From NCBI RefSeq assembly GCF_001194135.2, contig NC_068983.1:85616025-85680024 (forward strand): a stretch of DNA of 64,000 nucleotides. The letters are read 5' to 3'. How positions within the stretch are numbered: position 1 is the stretch's first letter; each line of letters starts with the position of its first letter. A model generated the notes under the pieces. The model was not told where the DNA came from. It was given only the letters and a program-made list of their open reading frames with translations, and did no database searches. Source of the stretch: Octopus bimaculoides. Taxonomy: Eukaryota. Shown one piece after another: positions 54,500 through 64,000 of the stretch. A program made the translations under genes and the position numbers.

Positions 54500-56900
54500 A
54501 GATTATTTTACTATGTGATTCCTATATTACTCAGAAGGACCACAAACCAAATTTTCTTTTCAACATCAAATGCAGGTTACTAAACCACTCCAAAAGTAAA
54601 CTGGGTATCATCAGTAAGCACACTGCCAATGACAGCAAGCTAAAAGTCAGAAATGATATGAAATTAGATCACTGGAACTGCACCACCATTGTAATTAAGG
54701 AGCTTCACATCATTGAAGACAAAACCTGCACTGATATGGTCATGTGGTACATATGGACATGGGCAGCTGCATAAAGAGGAGCCAATTTCTAACTGTGATA
54801 GTAATCTGGGGAAGAGGTAGACATAGGACGAGGTGGTGAGAAATGATCTCTAGACGTTGAGCCTGAAACAGATGACAAGGGACCAAAACTTCTGGTGTTT
54901 TGCTGTACTTGAGAAGACATGTCAAGCTAAGTAAAATCATGGTCATCCATACATATAGGTATGTCCATTATGGCCATGCCCCCATCTCACACACACATAT
55001 ATACACACACAATCTGTCATCACTCAAAACTTTCCCACAACCCATCTTTCCAACACACCTCCCATCCCACCACTCATTGCAGGCCCCTCCACTATCCCTC
55101 AAATAGCTACAATAATCCACTCTAATTTCTCTCTCCATCACTTGCCAGTCACCTCTATCCCCATCTCTAAGCATCTCCCCTCACACTCTTATGGAACATC
55201 CCACCATGATTCCACTTGAACCGTCTCTGCCTTTCTAACCCTAGCTTTTTTTTCCTCACCTTTCTTTTCCTACTAGGGTAGCCAAATATCTGCTCTATAG
55301 TAAGACAACTATCTCTGTCCCTCTATTATACTCTAACCACTCACCTGGCACACTACCACTTTCCTCAGTTTCACTCTCTCACTCATCTGAGAGGTCTTCA
55401 TTTCAGAAGTTACTTGGCAACCCCACTGGTGTTAATATCATGTAAAAAGAACCCAGTACACTCTGTAAAGTGGTTGGTATAAGGAAGGGCATCCAGCCAA
55501 AGCAGACAATGGAGTCAGCTCAGAAGATAGACATGAAAGATACCCAGTTTACTTTTGGAGTGATTTAGTAACCTGCATTTAATGTCTATCTTCCAAGCTG
55601 ACTCCATTGTCTGCTTTGGCATGGTTTCTATGGCTAGAAGCCCTTCCTTACATCAACCACTTTACATGTGGATTTTGTTGATTCATGTTAAAGACTCCCC
55701 TCTGAAAATGCTAGACTTCGAAAAATAATTTGTTCCAATCTGAGACCTTGATATTAAAATAATAAAGGGAAATATTAGTTATATCACAACTGTTCTGACT
55801 GTTTCAAGAATGAAGGAGATTCACAATTTGATATCTCCAAAGGCTATAACAACAATGAGGTAATGGGTCTTGTTGGACTGTTTTTATTGACATTTTTAAA
55901 AAGCAACTCTCCTCATACATCTCAGATTTGTACTGCGATGACAGATTTACAGCTTCAAGCAATGTGAACAACCACAGTAAGGACAAATTTAGAAAAGATC
56001 TGATAGGCATATTCAAGCAGTTTAGCATAAACATAAAACTCGCCACCGATATAATGACAGCTAATCTCTTAGACTGTATACTAAATCTTAAGATGAGTAA
56101 ATACTATCCCTTGTAGATATGTATCTGATCAAACAAAGACAAGAACTTCAAATACATCTCAGTTATAATTAGGAACATAGCAAGCATAGGTAGAAAAGGA
56201 TTCTATCTATCCTTTGGTAGGGAAATACTCAATAGCAGCAACATACTATAATAAGGATCTGGCCAGAAGTCACTTTACTGAGACATGTTTATACATAGAT
56301 TTCACACTTTTTTACTCCAGCATTGAAGAGAACCAAGAAATGGAAAGTCACCTGGTATAATCCACATTGTAACACAGATGCCACTATTTATTAACTACAC
56401 ATAAATACCACGAAGTTTTCAATGCACACAATATGTTGTGGTTAGACATTCTTACCAAATTAATATCACTTCCACAATTGCACATCATAATCATACATCT
56501 GTACTATCTACACCTGTAACAACCCACCTGCTATTATTATGGTCAAACCAGATGGCCACTGGTGTGAGGTGGAGATGGGGTAGCTACTGCATTTCATAGA
56601 TCACAGTATACAAAGCAGTGCTCACTCCAACAGAAAGTATCCAAAATAACAATAATGGTTCCACTGCAAATGACTTCAAATGATAATATGGTCAACATAT
56701 TCACTCCTTTTGGTCCAGAAACAAAGCAAACTTCAATTCACTGTCCTGTTTCATGTGGAAACTTAGAACCCAGGAAAATGGCTGCTCTATTATAACCTGA
56801 CATATTGTTGACAGTATCGATATGCATTTAGATGCTTCCAGCCTGCAATATCCCTCAAAATGAAGTCCAGAATAATTTCTTTCTGCCATTATGATGAGAT
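54500..56900 (+). mobile_element. Penelope-like retroelement remnant (RT + GIY-YIG endonuclease), interrupted at ~54740-55670
   Basis: RLLNHSKSKLGIISK (~54574-54620). FDISKGYNNNEVMGLVGLFLL, LYCDD and KFRKDLIGIFK..ANLLDCILNL..YYP (55820-56110, ORF 55928-56116). TWYNP (~56350). VYKA..GSTANDFK..YGQH..SF..LS..MWKL (56620-56770), matching PLE RT and GIY-YIG blocks. Confidence 0.88.
55496..55620. repeat. 39-bp inverted repeat enclosing an inverted Penelope RT segment
   Basis: 55496-55534 vs 55582-55620, 2 mismatches. Weaker pairing extends to ~55464/55655. Confidence 0.92.
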
Positions 56901-59900
56901 ATTCTTCTGGCTTAGTTTCAATAAATCAATACCAAAAGTAATCTCATGAAATACAGATGCATGCACATACATTTAACCAATTAACTCATCAATTGTTTGA
57001 TTAATCATTCAGTCTATTTACCAATCAGCTAGGCTTGTCAAAGTCCTTTTGTAGTCATTCCCAACCTCATCAACAGCATGTCCTCTACTCCACTTCTGTT
57101 TCAAATTGATTAATAACAATAAAGTAAAACAGAACAAGTGCATGTGTTTATTATGGACTTAATAACCCTCCCAAGATACAAGTTAATGTTTGCAGAGGAT
57201 ATGGTTCTCAGGTAGCGTGGGACAACATGGTTGATTCTGTAGCTGCCAGAGTGCTATAGTAACCTTATAAAGCTCAGACTATGGTATATATCCACAAACA
57301 TACAAATCATATGTTTATATCATCATTTAGCATCCATTTTCCATGCTGGCATGGATTACATAGTTTGACTGGAACTGGTAAACCAGAGATCTGAACCAGG
57401 CTCCAGTCTGTATTGACTTGGTTTCTATGGCTGGATGCCCTTCCAACACCAACCACACCACAGTGTAAAGGTATCTTTTACATGTCACTGGCATGCGTGC
57501 CATTGGCATCTCACCAACACAGGTGTCTTTAGTGTGCACACGCACATGACCAAACACTCAGGTATATACATAGATGGATGGATGTACAGACACACACACA
57601 CACACCAACTAATAAAAGCATCATCTATCCAGTCTTTGTATTCTGGAAATTTGCAGCCGAATTTTGAAAATGTGAGTGTGTGAGTGCGTAGGTAGAGGCA
57701 TGTCTGTGGTTAAGAAGTTTACTTCCAAACCACATTGTTTCAAATTCAGTCCCACCATATGGCACCTCGGGCAATTATATACTATAGATATAGGCCGAGT
57801 AAACCCTGTAAATAGATTTGTTAGATGGAAACTGAATGAATCCCACTGATCCACTAATTTTGATAAGAATTACCAGTTGATCACAATCATTATGCAACAA
57901 GTTACAGGTGCAGATGTGACTGTGTAGTTAAGAAGTTTGCTTCCCAACTATATGGTTTCAGGTTCAGTCCCACTGAAGGTACCTTAGGTAAGAGTTTGCT
58001 ATTTTAACTCTGGGCTGACCAAAGGCTTGTGAGTGAATTTCGTAGACAAAAACTGTAAGAAACCCTTTATGTACATGTGTATGTGTGAGTGTGTTAAGTT
58101 TGTGTCCCCTTGTTTTGACAGTTACAAATGATTGTCACCATCATGCAAGTAGTTTCGTTCATCTTCAATATTCTATAAAAACATGTTGGGCCATGGGAAA
58201 ATATTACCTTGCTTGAAAACAAGTGAAGGTCGGCAACAGAAAGGGCATCTGGCCATAAAAAAAAAATCTGCCTTGATAATTCCATGCAAGCATAGGAGAT
58301 TGGTCATTAAAATAATGATAATGCTGCTGTGTGTGTGTGTGTGTGTGAATTCATATTTACCGTTGTTTTCACATGTGTTTGCTGTCTATAAACAATAGCC
58401 ATGCTGTTCCTGCAGATGGTGATGAATACTTGAAGTTTGCTATAAAAGCATGCTGGAGCTTATTCACATGCTGCTTGATCTTTATACACAAAAGGCTAAT
58501 TAATATAGTGTTGTTTAATACCAGTTGCCTGTGTAGCCATATTCTGTTTATTATTCGATAGTCTGAGGAATTATTACCTTGATTGGAAACTAGTAAGGAT
58601 CAACATCAGAAAAAATATATCTAGCCTGACCAAAATCTACCCCAATGTACTCTCATCTGACCCATTCAAGCATAGCAGACATTAAAACCGGGATGGACAA
58701 CCATTTTTGAGAAGCAGGCTGCATGATACAAGGTAACTTTTTGTTAGGTGCTATTCAAAAGGTTCAGCAGGCCACATCTTGCCCACAACAGCACTGAAAC
58801 AATGATGACATGTAAATTTCTTATTGCTATAAACCTGGCTTTTTTTTTTTTTTTTTGAGTTCTCTATTAATCACTCTGCACAGAAAGAATTCCCATGATA
58901 TATAACAATCAGAGTATTAGGCTCATATTCACAAGATCAAGGGTTCGATTCTCAGATCAGGTGGATGTTGTGTCCTTGAGCAAGTCACTTCTTTTCACAT
59001 TGCTCAAGTTCACTCAGCTAGAGGACAGAGCTGATAGCAACAGTCTGCTCCTCCATCCAGCTGTCATATTCCAGATTTTCTGTTGGGTCAACAGGCAAAG
59101 TATCATGATGATGTCAGTATCTATTTACAACTACATAAACACCTTAAACAATCAGTAAGGGTCTAGTACATATTACATAACCCTGGGCTGGCTAAAGCCT
59201 TTTTAGTGGATTTGGTAGGCAGAAGCTGAAAGAAACCTTTGGCATGTATGTATGTATACACACACACATCATCATCATTATCATTATTAAATGTCCATTT
59301 TCCATGGTGGCAAGGCCAGAAGTTGCACCAGGTTCCATTGTGTTTTGGTATGACTTCTACAGTTGGATGCCCTCCCTAACACCAGACATACCACAGAGTG
59401 TACTGGGTGCTTTTTTTTTATGTGGCACCAGCACCAGTATTTTTTACATGGCACCAGCACCACTGCTTTTTACATGGCACCAACACTGACAGTGTTACCA
59501 AGTACCTCGCAAAACAACTGAGAGGGGGAGAAAAGGAATTGAGGAGATGTGGATTTGTGTCAGTTGAGAGATTTAAGGCATAGAGGGAACAGATATAGGT
59601 GTCTTTGCTCTAGGGTAGATACATGGAAACACGAGTTGGAAACCAAGGGAGAATGAGTTGGAAACTAAAATAAAGAGAGTGATAGTAAGAGAGATGATGG
59701 TGGAGAGGTGTCATGACATGCCCTCTAGGGACACTGGGGGGGGGGGGAGAATAAGTAAAGTGATATAGAGGTTTGGACTGGGTAAGTCAGCAGAATGAGG
59801 TGACTATAGCAAATGGAGAGGAATGTATGAGAGGCTCAGGCAGCCAGGTTGCAGTAGGTATGTGAGAGCATTGAGGGTGATAGCAGGATGATGGAGAGCA

Positions 59901-60159
59901 GCACAGGTAGGGAAGAGAAGGTGCAGAAAGGAGGGGATTGGTGGAGACAGTAGGTTGGGGAAGAAAGGTAACTAGATGGAGGGAATGTAGTATTTGCCTA
60001 TTCTGCTCTCAGGTGATAGAGGAAGTGATGGATATTAGGGAATGAAATGTGCAGGGGGGAAGGTTGACAGGATAGAGCCACTCATAGACATGCATTACCA
60101 AGGTGGTTTTAGGATATCAAAACTGCTGTGATGAGCAGGTCCTATTGAGTACAGCAAGG

Positions 60160-60665
60160 TAGCAGATATTTCAGTCCTTTGTCATCTCCTTCGTAGGGCT
60201 CAGCATTTTAAGATCAGCCTTCAATACTTCATCTTGTTTTCCTGGGTCTCCCTCTTCCACAAGTTCCATCCACTTGAAATGACTAGCACTTCTGTATGCA
60301 ACTGTCCTCAACCATACATATTACATGACCAAACCAGTGCAGTCTTCTCTCTTGCATGCTATATCTAATTCCCTTTATGCCTAACTTTTCTCTCAATACG
60401 CTAACATTGTTGCACATGTACACTGACATTACACATCCAGCAGGGCATACCAGCTTCCTTCCTCTCTAGTCTTCACATATCTCACTACCATGTAGTGTTG
60501 CTGTTTATATAAGCATCAAACAATCTTCCTTTCACTTGCAGAGAGAGCTTTGGTTACCAACAAAGGTAAAAACTCTCTGAAATTTCTCCATCTTACTCTT
60601 ATTCTAGCAATTACACTTTCAGTACATCCTCCTCCACTGCTAATTAGGTCACCAAGGCTGCAGGT
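60160..60665 (-). mobile_element. RTE-clade LINE fragment
   Basis: ORF 60516-60836 has LGDLISSGGGCTESVIARIRVRWRNFREFLPLLVTKALS. Downstream sequence resembles the LRWFGHV region. Confidence 0.85.
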
Positions 60666-62329
60666 TACCTTATATACACACACACACACATATTCTTTTA
60701 TTTTAATTTTTTTTTTTGTACTTGTTTCAGTCATTTGACTGTGGCCATGCTGGAGCACTGCTTTTAGTAGAACAAATCGACCCCAGGACTTATTCTTTGT
60801 AAGCCTAGTACTTATTCTGTCGGTCTCTTTTGCCAAACCGCTAAGTTACGGGGATGTAAACACACCAATATTGGTTATCAAGCAATGGTGTGGGGACAAA
60901 CATACACACACAAATATATATATATATACATACAACAAGCTTCTTTCAGTTCCCATCTACCAAATCCACTCACAAGACTTTGGTTGTCCCCAGGCTATAG
61001 CAGAAGACACTTGTCCAAGGTGCAACACAGTGGGACTGAACCTGGAACCATGTGGTTGGGAAGCAAACTTCTTACCACACAGCCACATCCTTTTCTAGAC
61101 ATCATGTGACTGTTGTAAACAAACATCACTGTCACACAAGTGTGGTTAATCATTTCTAGTCTTCTGTGATGGACATATTTAGTTATGGGAAAATTTTACT
61201 TCACTCAGAAGCCAGTCAGGATTGGCAACAGGAAGGGCATCTGGCCGTAGAAAATCTGCCTCAAAAAATTTTGTCTGAACTAGGCAAACATGGAAAAGCA
61301 AGCATTAAATGATAAATGTTAATGGTTTTAGAACTCTTGTGAAGAGAGCATACTTGTGTTCTTGATGTTTCAACTGCTCTTTTGTAACTCTCTCTTCCAA
61401 AGCACATGATTCTAAGTTCATTCCCACTGTATGGCACCTTGAGCAAATGTTTTCTAATATAGCACTGGACCAACCAAAGTTCTGCGAGTGAATTTGGTAG
61501 ACAGAAACTGAAAGAAATCCATTGCGCACACACGCACGCGTGTCTTGGTCTTGCCATCATGCAGTTGTTGCAAATGTGTGTCTTTCAGTTTCAGTCTCCC
61601 ATGAAAACTTGTCCAGGCATGGAGAAATATTACCTTACTTGGAAATAGATATGGGTTAGCAACTAGAAGGGCAATCTGGCCAAAGAAAATCTATCTCAAC
61701 AAATTTCATCTGACCTATGGAAAAGTAGACATTAAAATAATGTTCTTTCAAAGTCTCTAAAACATTTCAAGCCTTAGCTTCTTAGTAGGCTTATGATTAC
61801 ATTATTTTTTTTTATCTGGTCTTCCACCTAGAGCTTCAACAATTTCTCAATTTTAAGGACATGCCCAAGTCACTTATTATTGTTGATAACATGGTGACTG
61901 AATTTTTTAGTAGCCATGAATTAGTGGGAGAATTGACATTTTCTTGTCCTTTATGTTTTGTTTTCATTTTAATATTTCATATCAAATGACTTCCTTCGTT
62001 AATTGCTGGATGTAGTACAGATAGACAAATATTCCCTCTTCACATCTCTGAGGGCAATGTCTGTAGAAGCTAAGAGAAATACTTACATGATTCTGAAATA
62101 TAACTGAATCTGAGAGAAAGTGCAATTACTGCTGCTAGAAAAATACTAACTCCTATACGGTGCACAGAAAACTCTTGTACAGCATGCAGGAATATTTGAA
62201 TTTTTTCCCCATATGGATAGATAACTTCAGTTAGTCATAAGTCACATAGAAAAGAAAATTTGATGTAATTGAATGATTTATGAGAGCAGTGTGAGCTATT
62301 TACAAGTGTTATATCATCAAGATAATTGA

Positions 62330-62490
62330 TGATAGTGTGTTCAGTGAAAATTATAGCATGCAACAAAGTGTCCACCAGGGTTTGGTTCTTGGTCTCTTCT
62401 GTTGACTACTATCCTTTAGGCAATAATGAAAGAATTCAAGACTGGCTAACTGTGAACTCCTGTATGCTGATATCTAAACTTGTAAGCTGA
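62330..62490 (+). mobile_element. RTE RT fragment
   Basis: VHQGLVLG...EFKTG..ELLYAD resembles the RTE motif GVHQGSVLSP...EFRTGxPWELLYADD. Confidence 0.7.
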
Positions 62491-63164
62491 GGAGCTCATG
62501 TGCTTATTAACTCACACACACATTTATTTTCTTGCATATGGTTGTCCATTGAATTTAATAACCATCTTCTCCTTCAAGTGTGGATCCTTTAATGACTACT
62601 GCTCAAAGAGCAGTAGCAATGGAGAACACAGCCATGTGGGCAACCAAAGAACCATGACTGCTATCAACTATGCTACACTTACCAACAAAACTACAGAAAT
62701 TACATTTTTTTTTTCTCATCATTGCTAACATGTGACATCCTACTGCAATGACAACAATGATATAAGATACCTGTATGATGAAACTTCAAAGTGACATTGA
62801 TGGTAAGCATCTCCCAGTGTCACTATTTTCATGGTGGAGGAGAGTCACTCACTAGTGTAATGCAAGAAGGCTAGAACCTCTCCCAGCAACAGCAGTTACT
62901 TCTAAGAAGCCTTTTTTGTCAGTTGAAAGACTTCATTTCATAAGTGTTCTTAGAGCTAACTAAACCTGCTGTGTATCTGCAACACTGGAAGTCCTCTTTC
63001 AGCCTTCCTAAGATCCCACTGCATCTTTTGTGTACCCATAGTTTACAATACATAAATAGTACGGAAATTCTCCCAACATCTTTCTTACATATCAAATAAT
63101 AGCTGTTTCCATGACAGCAATTTCATTTGCTAACAAAAACATTCACCTCTGCTAGATTTACTTT

Positions 63165-63950
63165 TACGAGGTGGTATCAAAAAGTTCCTGGATTAGTTAT
63201 GTTTAATAAAAAAAATCTCTTATTTACCTCCTAAGTTTTAACATCATCTCCTTCAAAATAGTTGCCTTGCACAGCAATGCACTGGTCCTAGCATTCATGC
63301 CACTTTTAGAATCCAGCCTGGAAGTTGTTTTCCGTTATGAGTCAAGGACCTTCTGTGATTTGCTCTGGATCTTGAAAACAGTGTTCAAACAGTAATCTTT
63401 GAGCTGCACTTTCATCTTAGGAAAGAGATGGAAGTCTGCAGGTGCTAAATCTGGCAAATAAGGCAGCTGCAGAAGTAATACCATGTTTTTGGCAAGAAAC
63501 TCACAAGTAAAGAGAGCTGTTGTCACGAAGAATCCAATTCTTCATGCTCCACAGATCTGGTCATTTTCACCAAATGTCCTCCTTCAAACACTCCAAAACA
63601 TCAAAGTAGAATTCTCGATTGACAGCCTAACCCTGGGGGATGAATTGTCAATGCACAATACCACATTTCTGGGGGTGACGCTCAAAGCAGATCTTCCAAG
63701 GACTTCTGCATTTGAAGCATGCTCATTGTTTCTGTAGCAGACTTTCCAAGTCTAACACAAAATTCACATTGGCTCTTTGTTCCAACATCCTGTCCATGAC
63801 AAAATCGCAGGCTACAGCATACAACTGATCACAAAAACAAATTTCACAACTTGCAAAGTAAACACAGCGATGTCATTTGGCACACTGCCTCATCAAGGTC
63901 ACAGCTAGCTCTCACTGCACATGCAACTGTGCATGGAACTTATCCTGTAA
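63165..63950 (-). mobile_element. Internally deleted mariner element
   Basis: TIR-like end tacgaggtggtatcaaaaagttcctgga at 63165. ORF 63335-63526 contains LPYLPDLAPADFHLFPKMK (YSPDLAPxDF motif). The N-terminal EQRAN..RLGKSATET (~63700-63790) is joined directly to the C-terminal half of the DDE domain. The 5' boundary is approximate. Confidence 0.82.
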
Positions 63951-64000
63951 TTCTTCATCTAATTCAGCAATGAGAACTTGGTTGTCAATATTACAAGAGT

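Noticed and set aside
62087-62134. 48-nt minus-strand exon candidate (AVIALSLRFSYISES)
   Set aside because: Good splice sites but the peptide is unrecognisable and isolated. It cannot be supported without transcript data.

Overview
AT-rich, repeat-saturated animal genomic DNA from a gapped scaffold (8 N-runs). It is not prokaryotic. The SINE families and microsatellite load strongly resemble Octopus (inference from recalled repeat families, no search run). I could not support any intact host protein-coding gene, and the long ORFs in the track are microsatellite, low-complexity or N-gap artefacts. The window is a layered record of transposons: at least four decayed mariner copies plus a mariner MITE, a pogo/Tigger remnant, a Merlin-like MITE, piggyBac-like MITEs, several RTE LINE fragments, a decayed Penelope-like element (RT + GIY-YIG), a Helitron PIF1-helicase remnant and dozens of tRNA-derived SINEs. 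A CpG-retaining island at ~33.6-40.4 kb looks like a promoter or regulatory region. The most notable items are: (1) a minimal type I hammerhead ribozyme (50231-50289) just downstream of a 37-bp foldback; (2) a foldback MITE with a central CCCTAA/TTAGGG telomeric-repeat palindrome; (3) a local inverted SINE duplication that preserves the empty site of a nested SINE insertion; (4) a hairpin whose loop is an inverted copy of Penelope RT sequence from 1 kb away. All coordinates and alignments were derived by eye.
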